NCBI GenBank assembly: GCA_036274155.1
Contig: DASUGH010000158.1
Location: 16,017 to 80,016 of the forward strand
Length of the DNA: 64,000 nucleotides
Source of the DNA: Vicinamibacterales bacterium
Lineage (GTDB): Bacteria > Acidobacteriota > Vicinamibacteria > Vicinamibacterales > UBA2999
Reading direction: 5' to 3'
Position numbers and translations under genes: made by a program. The notes beneath the pieces are model-generated. The model searched no databases. It saw nothing but the letters and a program-made list of their open reading frames with translations, and was not told the DNA's origin. This document shows, piece after piece, positions 1 through 9,096 of this stretch. Numbering within the stretch: the first letter of the stretch is position 1; each line of letters starts with the position of its first letter.

Positions 1-1
1 T

Positions 2-1816
2 CTCGAGTCGGTCGAGGTGCTGACCAACCCGTTTGCCGCGGAGTACGGCCGGTTCTCGACCAGCCTCGTGCAGATTCGCACGAAGCGCGGCACCAACGAC
101 TGGGAAATCAAACCCGGCAACCTGGTGCCCAGCCTGCGCAAGGGCTTTGCAAGCATCCGCCGTTTCGAGCCGCGCTTCTCCGTGCGTGGGCCGCTCAGAC
201 GAGACCGCCTGTTCCTTGCGCAGGACTTCCAGTTTCGCTACGTCGACGACCCCGTCAAGAGTCTGCCGGACGAACCCGGGATCAAGTTGAGGAGCTTTGA
301 CTCCTTCACGCGTCTCGACGGTGTGCTCTCGACGCGGCATACCCTGGGCGGCCTGGTCGTCGTGTTCCCGCGCCGGATCGAGCATCTCACGATGGACACG
401 TTCCGCCCGCCGGAGACGACGCCGGAGTTCAACCAGAGCGGGACGTCCCTGGGCGTGCAGGATCGCTTTGCGATCTCGCCGACGATGGTTCTCGAAAGCA
501 CGTTTGCGGGCCGCGGGTTCGAGATCAACGTGAACACCGAGGGACGGGAGCCGATGGTGTACACGCCGGAGACCCAGCGGGGCAGCTTCTTCAACGACCA
601 GGAACGCGACGTCCGAAGCATTCAATGGGTCGAAACGTTGTCCATCGCACTGGACAAGTGGCGCGGATCACATCTCTTCAAATTCGGCTTCGACTACCAG
701 GACTCTCACTACAACGGCACGAGTGTGAGCCGTCCGGTCGAAATCCGCCGGCTCGACGGCTCACTCGCCGAGCTCATCGTCCCCGGCGCGCCCGCCACAC
801 AGGAGGTGAGCGCCGCCGATCTGGCCGTGTTCGCGCAGGATCATTGGCGTCTCGGGTCGCGCGTCACACTGGAGCTCGGATTACGAATAGATCGCGAAGA
901 CGTGATCGAGCGCGTGAACTGGTCGCCCCGGGGTGGGGTCGCCGTCACAATGCTCCCCGAGGGGCGCGGTATCCTCCGAGGCGGCGTCGGCCGATTCAGG
1001 CAGCGCACGCCACTCAACGTCGGCGCGTTCGGCCAGTTCGAATCACGCGAGGTCACTCGATTCGGGCCAGGTGGCGAGGTCACCACGCCGCCCGTCACGC
1101 TGTTGAACGTTCCGGCGCCCGACCTGCGTACGCCCGAAGCCGTCGCCGGCAACATCGAATGGAATCAGCGATTCGGCCGGCGAGTCTTGTTGAAAGCCAA
1201 CTATCTGAGGCGAAAGGGCTCGCACGAGTACGTGATCGAGCCAGACCTTGCGCAGGGCGCGCTCCACCTGCAGAGCACCGGCATTTCGCGCTACTGGGAG
1301 GTTGAGGTCACCGGACGATATCTCGGGGGCGAGCGCCGCGATCTCACCGTGTCGTACGTGCGATCGCGGGGGACCGCCGACCTGAACAACTATGACCAGT
1401 TCTACGGCAATCTCCGGAATCCGATCGTTCGTGCGAACGAACACAATCTGGTTCCCACGGATGTGCCGCATCGGCTGCTGATTCGCGGCACGATCGGGCT
1501 GCCCGGTCAATGGGATCTCGCCCCGGTTGCCGAGATCCGGTCGGGATTTCCGTGGTCGGCGGTGAACGAGTTCCAGGACTTCGTCGGGCCGCGGAACCGC
1601 GCCGGGCGCCTTCCGACGGTCAGCACGCTCGATTTCTCCCTGTCGCGGCCCTGGCGCCTGTGGAAGTACCGGTTCCGAGCGGGAGTGAAGGTGAACAGTG
1701 TTTTCGGCGCTTCCGCGGAACGCGACGTCCAGGGCAATATCACGTCCCCGGCATTCGGGCAGTTCTTCAACCCCATCGAGCGCTCGATCGGATTCGTGCT
1801 CGGGTCGGTTGAGTGA
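2..1816 (+). CDS. TonB-dependent-receptor-like outer-membrane beta-barrel, C-terminal ~600 aa (5' end outside window)
   Basis: The frame is open from the window edge. LESVEVLTNPFAAEYGRF, a plug-domain-type motif, precedes the first listed start at 17. A long barrel-like sequence follows, with the stop at 1814-1816. Confidence 0.8.
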   Translation, partial: LESVEVLTNPFAAEYGRFSTSLVQIRTKRGTNDWEIKPGNLVPSLRKGFASIRRFEPRFSVRGPLRRDRLFLAQDFQFRYVDDPVKSLPDEPGIKLRSFDSFTRLDGVLSTRHTLGGLVVVFPRRIEHLTMDTFRPPETTPEFNQSGTSLGVQDRFAISPTMVLESTFAGRGFEINVNTEGREPMVYTPETQRGSFFNDQERDVRSIQWVETLSIALDKWRGSHLFKFGFDYQDSHYNGTSVSRPVEIRRLDGSLAELIVPGAPATQEVSAADLAVFAQDHWRLGSRVTLELGLRIDREDVIERVNWSPRGGVAVTMLPEGRGILRGGVGRFRQRTPLNVGAFGQFESREVTRFGPGGEVTTPPVTLLNVPAPDLRTPEAVAGNIEWNQRFGRRVLLKANYLRRKGSHEYVIEPDLAQGALHLQSTGISRYWEVEVTGRYLGGERRDLTVSYVRSRGTADLNNYDQFYGNLRNPIVRANEHNLVPTDVPHRLLIRGTIGLPGQWDLAPVAEIRSGFPWSAVNEFQDFVGPRNRAGRLPTVSTLDFSLSRPWRLWKYRFRAGVKVNSVFGASAERDVQGNITSPAFGQFFNPIERSIGFVLGSVE

Positions 1817-1949
1817 GTCGTGGTTCAGGCACGTCGACCTGACTATTTACCTGGAAGGCTCCGAGGAAAGTCCTGCGTGCGGAGGCGGTCGGACGTCAGT
1901 TGTCGGTCGATGGTAAGCGGCGCAAAGCCACCGGACTAACAACGCGCAC

Positions 1950-2099
1950 CTACGCGCTCCGCAGGATGGGATGGTCGTTCTGACGCGCGGCGAATTCCAG
2001 CACGGCTCGGATGTCGTCGGGCTCGAGATTGGGCCCCCGACGCCGATGACAAATGCGGCCGGGCGCCTGCGAGCGGCAGTAGAATGCCCGGCGTGTCCG
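1950..2099 (-). pseudogene. Possible remnant of a DUF433-type gene (C-terminal ~45 codons, no start codon)
   Basis: The minus-strand frame reads ...GRICHRRRGPNLEPDDIRAVLEFAARQNDHPILRSA*. This fits the DUF433 C-terminal pattern (yP-L-x-x-eDI-x-aaL-x-yAa). The frame is closed by a TGA 49 codons upstream of the stop and has no ATG/GTG/TTG. Confidence 0.3.
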
Positions 2100-2186
2100 T
2101 CAGGTCGCCGAGCCCAATCGAGGGCCTGATTGCGTGCGGACGCGTGGAGGCCACTGCCTGCCGTCGGCTGATGCACTGGTCCGCGT

Positions 2187-5153
2187 GTGCCCGCGTCTGA
2201 CCGCTGGGCGCGGATCGAAGCCCTCTACTTCGACGCATCGAGGCGGGATGCGGCGGAGCGTGCCGCATTTCTCGAGTCAGCTTGCGGCGGAGACGTCGAG
2301 CTGCGACGTGAAGTGGAGTCGCTGCTCGCACAGCCGCCGACGGGGGACGGCTTTCTGGATACGCCACTCTTCGCGCGAGCCGGAGGGCTGATTCCGAGTG
2401 CGGCTGGGCCAATGCGGATCGGCCGCCGGATCGGTGCGTTCGAGATTCAGGGCTTGATTGGCGCCGGCGGCATGGGCGAGGTGTATCGGGCTCGTGACAC
2501 CACGCTGGGGCGTGACGTCGCGATCAAGGTTCTCCCTCTCGCCTTCATCGCCGATCCCGACCGGCGCGCGCGTTTCCTCCGTGAGGCGCGGATGCTGGCG
2601 GCGTTGAACCACCCGCATATCGCCGCCATTTATGGCGTCGAGGACAGCGGCGGCGTCCCCGTCCTCGTGCTGGAGCTCGTCGCCGGCGACACCCTGGCGG
2701 ACCGCCTCGCGCGAGGCCCCCTGCCGATCAACGAGACGCTGCGGGTGGCGCGGCAGATCGCCGACGCCCTCGATGCGGCGCACGAGAAGGGCATCGTCCA
2801 CCGCGACCTGAAGCCGGCCAATATCAAGATCTCGCCGGACGGCATCGTCAAGGTTCTCGACTTCGGCTTGGCCACGGCCGCGAGTGGCGACCCATCGAGT
2901 CCGCCTCTGACACGGTCGCCTACGGTGACGATCGGCGGTACGCGCGAGGGCGCGATTCTCGGCACCGCCGCCTACATGAGTCCCGAGCAAGCACGCGGCA
3001 AGGGGGTCGACAAGCGGAGCGACGTCTGGGCGTTTGGGTGCGTGGTCTACGAGATGCTGACGGGAAAGGTGGCGTTCGCGGGCGACACCGTCTCGGACAC
3101 GATTGCCACGATTCTCGATCGCGAGCCGGACTGGGCGGCCCTCCCCACTGCGACCCCTCACGCGATTCGACGGCTGCTGTTCCGGTGTCTCGAGAAGGAC
3201 GCGAAGCGACGGCTGCGTGACATTGGCGACGTGCGCACGGAAATCGACGATGTGTTGAGTGGCGCTGCCATGACGGCGTCGCAGCACGCAGCCGTGGTGC
3301 GTTCATCAACGGCCCACCGCAGAGTCGTCTCCGGGCTCCTAAGGCGACACCGGCTATTCGGCGCGGTCGTCGCGCTGATCGCACTCGCAGGTATGGGTGG
3401 AATCTACCTTGCGCTGCCCGACGGCTCGCCGCCTTCCTCCTCCTCGTGGACAACCTTCTCGATGGAGAACGCCGAACCTATCCCATTGACGACGACCGGC
3501 AACGCGACGGTTCCAGCTCTTGCCCCGTATGGCGAGTGGGTCGCGTACGTTCGGCGCGACGGCGATACCGATAGCCTGTGGGTTCGTCAGACAGCGACGA
3601 TCGGTGACCGGGAGATCGCGCGGTCAAAGCGCGGTGACAGGATAGTCGGGGCGACGGTTACGCCCGACGGCCAATTCGTCGACTTCCTCGAGTTCACAGG
3701 GGAGGTGAAGACCAACCTGTGGCGCGTGCCGGTCAACGACAAGGAACCACCACACCCGCTGGTCAAGGATGTGCACACGCCGGTGGCCTGGTCACCGAAC
3801 AAACCGTGGAAGATGGCGTTCATTCGGCGGGGCGAGGAGCTGATCGTCGCAGACTTCGACGGGTTGGGTGAGACGGTCCTCGCGAGGCCGAGTGATCTGC
3901 CCCCGGACGCGCGGTTCTACGTGACTCGCCAGCCTGCGGGAGCCGGCACGAGGCTCGCGTGGTCGCCAGACGGCAAGGTCATCGCGGCGACGGCTTTTCG
4001 TAACGCACCCGTGACGGGGTATTGGATATTCGTCTCCGTGCCGGATAAGGTGGCGGACAAGGCGGACAAGAAGGTCGCCTTCATCGAGCTGAACCCCTCC
4101 GGAAACGGTGATTGGCTCGACAACTCGTCGCTCATCGTGAATCGGCCTGAAAAGCCCGGAGGTCTCGCGGGGTTCTGGCGCCTCTCGTATCCACACGGCG
4201 TGGCATCGCTGCTGCACAAGGACCTCAGCCAATACGTTGGGATCAGCCTGACCCGCAACAGGGACAGCTTCGTGACCACCAAGGTAGACCCTCGCGTCGA
4301 CATCTGGATCGGAGATGGCAACGCACTCGAGGACTTGAGGGAGGTACCACCAACCGGTGCGGTGTTGCCGATCATGCCCAGTGGTGCTGTGGGGTCCTGG
4401 ATCAAAGATCAGTTCTGGTTCAGCGCTCATTCGGGCGACAGCCGGACGGTGTCAGCTCTCTCCTCCGATTTCCGACCAGTTGGCGGGTTCTCGAACGCCG
4501 AGGCGCCAACGGGGACGTCGGAGGGCAGCACGATTGTGTACGTGTCGCGCGCGCCAGAGACGAACAACGAACTCATACGTGCGGATCCAGACGGCCGGCG
4601 CGCAAAAAAACTCGATGACGACGGGAACTGGCCAATAGTCACGCGCGACAACAGAAGTGTGATTTACTCGAAAAAGCACCAGGGGCGATTCAACAGGCCG
4701 TTCATAGTGCCGATCGAGGGGGGGCAACCGCAGCTGATCGCTGACATTGACGCGGTGACACCTGACCAATCGTTTGATAGAACAAAGCTCGCCTTCGTGA
4801 CCGCGACCGGCGATCCAACCCACCGCATCGTTAACGTGTGCGATCTGCCAGACTGTCTGAATCTGCGCTCTCTCGACATGCCAGGCATGGTGAATTCAGG
4901 AGACAAAGGAGGGCGAATCCGGTTCAAACCTGGTGACAAGAGCATCGCCTACGTCAGGGGCGACCTCCCTCGGCAGCAGATATGGGAGCAGCCGCTGGAC
5001 CCGAACATGCCGCCACGCCAGCTCACCAAATTCTACGACGACCGCATGATTCTCGACTTTGCCTGGTCGCACGATGGCTCGCGCTTCGCCGTCGTGCGTG
5101 CCAGGATCATCTCGGACATCGTTTTGTTCAAGGGCCTGCTGCAGCCTCAGTAA
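2187..5153 (+). CDS. Ser/Thr protein kinase with one transmembrane segment and a large C-terminal TolB/WD40-like beta-propeller region
   Basis: Kinase motifs are GAGGMGEVY, AIK, HRDLKPANI, DFGLA and YMSPEQ. The TM helix is LFGAVVALIALAGMGGIYLAL. About 580 aa follow with repeated 'SPDG/ DG..vaf' propeller-type strands. Confidence 0.9.
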   Translation: MPASDRWARIEALYFDASRRDAAERAAFLESACGGDVELRREVESLLAQPPTGDGFLDTPLFARAGGLIPSAAGPMRIGRRIGAFEIQGLIGAGGMGEVYRARDTTLGRDVAIKVLPLAFIADPDRRARFLREARMLAALNHPHIAAIYGVEDSGGVPVLVLELVAGDTLADRLARGPLPINETLRVARQIADALDAAHEKGIVHRDLKPANIKISPDGIVKVLDFGLATAASGDPSSPPLTRSPTVTIGGTREGAILGTAAYMSPEQARGKGVDKRSDVWAFGCVVYEMLTGKVAFAGDTVSDTIATILDREPDWAALPTATPHAIRRLLFRCLEKDAKRRLRDIGDVRTEIDDVLSGAAMTASQHAAVVRSSTAHRRVVSGLLRRHRLFGAVVALIALAGMGGIYLALPDGSPPSSSSWTTFSMENAEPIPLTTTGNATVPALAPYGEWVAYVRRDGDTDSLWVRQTATIGDREIARSKRGDRIVGATVTPDGQFVDFLEFTGEVKTNLWRVPVNDKEPPHPLVKDVHTPVAWSPNKPWKMAFIRRGEELIVADFDGLGETVLARPSDLPPDARFYVTRQPAGAGTRLAWSPDGKVIAATAFRNAPVTGYWIFVSVPDKVADKADKKVAFIELNPSGNGDWLDNSSLIVNRPEKPGGLAGFWRLSYPHGVASLLHKDLSQYVGISLTRNRDSFVTTKVDPRVDIWIGDGNALEDLREVPPTGAVLPIMPSGAVGSWIKDQFWFSAHSGDSRTVSALSSDFRPVGGFSNAEAPTGTSEGSTIVYVSRAPETNNELIRADPDGRRAKKLDDDGNWPIVTRDNRSVIYSKKHQGRFNRPFIVPIEGGQPQLIADIDAVTPDQSFDRTKLAFVTATGDPTHRIVNVCDLPDCLNLRSLDMPGMVNSGDKGGRIRFKPGDKSIAYVRGDLPRQQIWEQPLDPNMPPRQLTKFYDDRMILDFAWSHDGSRFAVVRARIISDIVLFKGLLQPQ

Positions 5154-5173
5154 AGGCGATCCTGCGATCGCAG

Positions 5174-5767
5174 CTAATCGGGTGGTGCTCGATTCGTCCT
5201 GAGCCTCAGTCGCTCCCGAATGAGCTTTCCCTGCGCCTCGGTAAAGCGCGAGTCGGTCGTCAGCCGGATGATCGCATCCTGCATTATCCCGGTGGCCGAG
5301 TGACTGTCATCCGGCAGGAGCACGTGACCCATCTCGTGCGCAAGGACAAGCCCGAGGACGCTCGCACGATCTCTCGAGTAGGTGTCCGCCGTGATGTGCA
5401 CCCGGTCCACGAAGACGTAGACTGTGCGGCCCAATCGGCTGGTCGTCGCCAACACACCGGCGCTGATGCCCTCCGCCTGAATCTTCTTCAGCGCCATGCT
5501 CTCGGAGAGGAGATGCACTCGAATGGACTCGTCCTCCTGCACGGCCGCACGTTCCACATCGTTTTCGACCCACACAAGGTGAACGCCGATATCTGAATAG
5601 ATCGCATCAGCCACTCGTTGTGCCTCCGTCCGAGCGGCCACTCCGAGTTCAGCGTAGTTCTCCACCTGCACGGCCACGACCGGTGGTGGCTGCGCGATGA
5701 CTGGGGTAGAAACCGTGAACGACAACGAGAGCGCAACGCCAAGGCCATGTCTGACAGGTCTCGCCAT
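5174..5767 (-). CDS. Secreted small zinc metallopeptidase-like protein (HEXXH)
   Basis: Signal peptide MARPVRHGLGVALSLSFTVSTPVIAQ. HEMGH motif within LVLAHEMGHVLLPDDSHSATGIM (matrixin-like HExxHxxxxxH-type spacing). Confidence 0.65.
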   Translation of the reverse strand: MARPVRHGLGVALSLSFTVSTPVIAQPPPVVAVQVENYAELGVAARTEAQRVADAIYSDIGVHLVWVENDVERAAVQEDESIRVHLLSESMALKKIQAEGISAGVLATTSRLGRTVYVFVDRVHITADTYSRDRASVLGLVLAHEMGHVLLPDDSHSATGIMQDAIIRLTTDSRFTEAQGKLIRERLRLRTNRAPPD

Positions 5768-5857
5768 CTCCCGTCTCCCTCCGTTGAGGGAGGCGGGAAA
5801 CCGCGATCAAGATCCGCATGGCTGAGAAATCATCGAGTGGGGACGTAGAATGGGGTC

Positions 5858-6439
5858 ATTCAGCAGCAACCCAGTGATCTCACCGGCCTTCTGGTCGCCT
5901 GGCGGGGCGGCGACGACGCGGCTCTCGAGCCGTTAGTCGCTCGTCTGTACCCAGAGCTCCACCGGATTGCGGCAAAGTGCATGCGCGGCGAACGTGTGCA
6001 CCACACCCTCCAAGCCAGCGCGCTCGTGAACGAAGCCTTCGTCAGGTTGATCGACACACGACGAGTCGATTGGCAGAATCGGTGTCATTTTCTGGCAATG
6101 GCGGCGCGCGTGATGCGTCGCGTGCTCGTGGATCACGCGCGGGCCCGCGGATACCGAAAACGCGGCGGCGGAGCGATACGAGTGACGCTGACGGATAGCG
6201 TCGATGTGTCGGATGAACAGCCGCACGATCTGCTGGCTCTCGACGACGCCTTGGAGGCCCTGACCAAGTTCGATGAGCGGAAATGCCGCGTGGTGGAACT
6301 TCGCTTCTTCGCCGGGTTGACTGTGGAGGAAACGGCCGTCGCTCTCGGTATCTCAGGCGACACGGTGACGCGGGACTGGAAGCTGGCCAGAGCGTGGCTG
6401 CAACGCGAAATGGGCCACGGGAATCCGTCGGAAGACTGA
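5858..6439 (+). CDS. ECF-type RNA polymerase sigma factor (TIGR02999-like); 5' end unresolved
   Basis: The track ORF starts at ATG 5981, but the same frame is open from 5849. There it encodes the conserved N-terminus ...SDLTGLLVAWRGGDDAALEPLVARLYPELHRIAAKCMRGER. Region 4 is ELRFFAGLTVEETAVALGISGDTVTRDWKLARAWL. No ATG/GTG/TTG occurs in frame between 5849 and 5981. Confidence 0.85.
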   Translation: MQQQPSDLTGLLVAWRGGDDAALEPLVARLYPELHRIAAKCMRGERVHHTLQASALVNEAFVRLIDTRRVDWQNRCHFLAMAARVMRRVLVDHARARGYRKRGGGAIRVTLTDSVDVSDEQPHDLLALDDALEALTKFDERKCRVVELRFFAGLTVEETAVALGISGDTVTRDWKLARAWLQREMGHGNPSED

Positions 6440-6894
6440 AAAGAGCACTGCTGCCGCGTGACGTGCTGGCTTGCGAATTCGGCGACGCGACACGGCAGCG
6501 CGACGACACCGTAGTGCGCGAGGACATCGCGGAAGAGCTGAACATGCCCGTGAGCGGCGGCAGGCAGGCCACGCGAAGGTTGCCTGGACCTGCCTCGGTT
6601 GTTTACTTCTTCACGGCGGGCTTTGGAGCGGCCGGCGCTGGTTTGGGGTTGAGGTTCTCCAGCAAAGCGAATTCCGATTCACTGAACGCCCCGGGATCCC
6701 AGTCCCTGTCAACACCCCACCTCTCGAGTCCCCCCTTCCGCACTAAGTGCAAGAGGCCCTGAGAATCAGGTCTTTTCTCGTCTTCCTTACGCGAACGTTA
6801 CTCAGAATCTTTGAAGCGGCTCGAACTTTCGCCCGTTACTCTGAACGATCCCGGATTCGACCAATCACGAGCAACGGCGAGTGTCGGTTTCTGC

Positions 6895-7425
6895 TTACCA
6901 CGCCTTCTCAGCGCCAAAGCGGGGCTCTCCATCAGGGCTTTTCTTCGTCGGGGCCCGTTCGGCGGGCGTTCTGTACGCCCAGCCAAGATGTTTCGCGACG
7001 GCTTCCGCCATCGACTGTCGGTTCTTGGCGCCCCGTTGCTTGTTCACCGCGTAGGACCAGAGGACGGCGCCGGATTGATCGGCGACCTGAACTGCGGTCG
7101 AAGCCTTGTCTTCGATGCCCGCACAATACGCGAACAGGCAACGCGCGACTTTCGACCCGGTTGTCTCCTGCTGCTCCAGGAGACTCGATGCGGTGAGGAT
7201 GTAGGTCGCGCCTTCCGGTTTGTTGACGACCGTGAGCGGCACTTCCTTCTTGTGCATAGCCGCCGCCAAGTACACCTCGAAGCCGTCGGGGGTTGGGGTG
7301 ATGTAAACGGTCTCCATCTCGACAGCCGAAAGTGAATCCTGTGCTATGGCTGCTCCTTGGGCATGGGGCGCGCTCGCCACCACGAGCAACGACGCATAAA
7401 CGGCGTACAGATAAAATCTCTTCAC
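6895..7425 (-). CDS. Hypothetical secreted protein
   Basis: The GTG at 7425 is preceded by GAAGGAG. Signal peptide VKRFYLYAVYASLLVVASAPHAQG. Third-position G+C is high. The longer track ORF (to 7506) adds a non-protein-like leader. Confidence 0.6.
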   Translation of the reverse strand: MKRFYLYAVYASLLVVASAPHAQGAAIAQDSLSAVEMETVYITPTPDGFEVYLAAAMHKKEVPLTVVNKPEGATYILTASSLLEQQETTGSKVARCLFAYCAGIEDKASTAVQVADQSGAVLWSYAVNKQRGAKNRQSMAEAVAKHLGWAYRTPAERAPTKKSPDGEPRFGAEKAW

Positions 7426-7705
7426 GGTTGCTCCTTCATGGTTCCCGGGCGATATCGCGCTGAGCTTCTGCGCCCGGGGACACGTGCTGGTCCTTACTCC
7501 TCGCACCGTCCTAACCTGTTCAACGGGTGCTCATCCTCCGGTGAATCGGCACGGTCAACGCGGTTCTTGAAGCTCCGGCCTTGACATGACGTAGCGGGCC
7601 AGTCACGTGCCGGTTACCGGCCTCGGAGGTCTCCCTTCATGGTCAGCAAACGAGCACGACAGCTGCTGTTCCCACTGCCGGAACGCCGGGCGCCACGTCG
7701 CCTTG

Positions 7706-8254
7706 TCAGAAGCGCGTGCTGAACGTCAGCGACCAGCGCCGCGACGCAGTGGCCGGCACGCCAGCGCTCGGAGAAACGGCTTTCGACTTCGACGGAATGG
7801 CGGCATCGACGAGAAAGCCGACAACGCCGCCGAAGAGCGCGCCCCGACCTGCCGCCCGGATCACGCCTTCGGTGGTGCACCCACGGGCGCTCCGGCATAT
7901 CCGGGCGAAGTCGATGAGCACCGCCGCCAGTCCCACGGCGCTCCCGATGAGCGCGCCGTTCCCACGAGGGTCGTCGATGGCCGACCCCGGTTCCACGGGC
8001 CGGGCCTCTCCGACAAGCGTGTCCGCGGCGAGTCCCAGCGCGCCGCCGGCAACTGCCAGCAGCGCCATGCAGGCACCGGCCGAACACACCTCCTCGGTCG
8101 TCCCAGCCACGACGAGGCCCGCAGCCGCGCCAACGCCAGCGCCAATCGTCACCCCATTCCAGACCGAATCCTTCATCGTCTCCTGCGCCAGGCTGGTGGC
8201 TGGCGCCAACAGGACGACCGCAACGACCAGCGCAGCAGATTCGTGTCGGCGCAT
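7706..8254 (-). CDS. Hypothetical secreted glycine-zipper protein
   Basis: The ATG at 8254 is preceded by GAAGGAG. Signal peptide MRRHESAALVVAVVLLAPATSLAQ. Several GxxxG/AxxxG runs (GVTIGAGVGAAAGLVVAG, LLAVAGGALGLAA). The C-terminus ...RWSLTFSTRF ends in Phe, as in OMP beta-signals. Confidence 0.6.
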   Translation of the reverse strand: MRRHESAALVVAVVLLAPATSLAQETMKDSVWNGVTIGAGVGAAAGLVVAGTTEEVCSAGACMALLAVAGGALGLAADTLVGEARPVEPGSAIDDPRGNGALIGSAVGLAAVLIDFARICRSARGCTTEGVIRAAGRGALFGGVVGFLVDAAIPSKSKAVSPSAGVPATASRRWSLTFSTRF

Positions 8255-8400
8255 ATCGGCTCCTTCGTCACAGTGATCGGTGGCGTAAGGTTCTCCGAGG
8301 CGCGGAGGGGAAGTCCTGAAGGGAACCTTGAAATACTCTGAAAGGCGCCGCCCGAGCAGGACGACCCGCACGGGCGTCCAGCTCATCGTCCGGCCAGAGA

Positions 8401-8901
8401 TCACGCCGGGCGGCCGCTCGAGGCAAGGCGGGCGAGGGCATCACCCGTGAGCCGGCAGATCCTCCAGTCCGGCAAGAGCCGCGCGCCCAGCCGCTCGTAG
8501 AAGCGAATCGCGTCGGCGTTCCAATCGAGGACGGCCCACTCCATCCGGCCGTACTGTCTCTCGACCGCCAGGGCAGCCAGATACGCGAGCAGCTGGCGGC
8601 CGATCCCGCGGCCGCGCCACTCGCGCCGCACGAACAGATCCTCCAGGTACAAGCCGGGACGACCGAGGAAGGTCGAGAAGTGGGTGAAGAACACCGCAAA
8701 GCCTATCGCGCTGTCGCCCACGACGGCGAGCGCGACCTCGGCGGTTTTCGTGGCGCCAAAGAGCGATGCGCGCAGGTCGGCCTCAGTGGCCACGACCTCG
8801 TGTGAGAGCTGCTCGAACTCGGCGAGCCCTTTGATCAGGCCAAGAATGATCGGAACGTCCTCTTCACGCGCTGCGGCGATTCGTACGCTCTCCGGTTCCA
8901 T
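8401..8901 (-). CDS. GNAT family N-acetyltransferase (diamine/SSAT-like)
   Basis: RREWRGRGIGRQLLAYLA acetyl-CoA-binding motif (Q/RxxGxG/A). Overall 166-aa GNAT layout. Confidence 0.85.
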   Translation of the reverse strand: MEPESVRIAAAREEDVPIILGLIKGLAEFEQLSHEVVATEADLRASLFGATKTAEVALAVVGDSAIGFAVFFTHFSTFLGRPGLYLEDLFVRREWRGRGIGRQLLAYLAALAVERQYGRMEWAVLDWNADAIRFYERLGARLLPDWRICRLTGDALARLASSGRPA

Positions 8902-9037
8902 GCCGGTACCCTACTGCGAATTGTGATGACTCTCGTCGCCCTGGCGGGCGGACGCGCGGACCTGGTCCTGACCCGTGTTGGACGCACATGGAGAGGGTGG
9001 ATTCACTGCCGTGGACTACAGAACGTTTTGGAGGGAA

Positions 9038-9067
9038 CGTGTCGAAGCGTTCACGTCTGTCGACACG
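9038..9067. repeat. Perfect 8-bp inverted repeat CGTGTCGA-N14-TCGACACG upstream of the resolvase-like ORF
   Basis: Read directly: cgtgtcga at 9038-9045 and tcgacacg at 9060-9067. A nested GAACG..CGTTC lies inside. Confidence 0.5.
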
Positions 9068-9096
9068 AGCAAGAGCGTTGCTGATATCGTGATCCG

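Noticed and set aside
6283-6762. ORF downstream of the ECF sigma gene as a possible anti-sigma factor
   Set aside because: It overlaps the sigma gene's 3' end in another frame. It has no zinc-finger (HxxxCxxC) or transmembrane segment, and its composition is not coding-like.
6840-6875. tRNA-like T-arm resemblance (ggtcgaatccgg on the minus strand)
   Set aside because: One base short of the GTTCGAATC consensus. No acceptor, D or anticodon stems could be folded around it.
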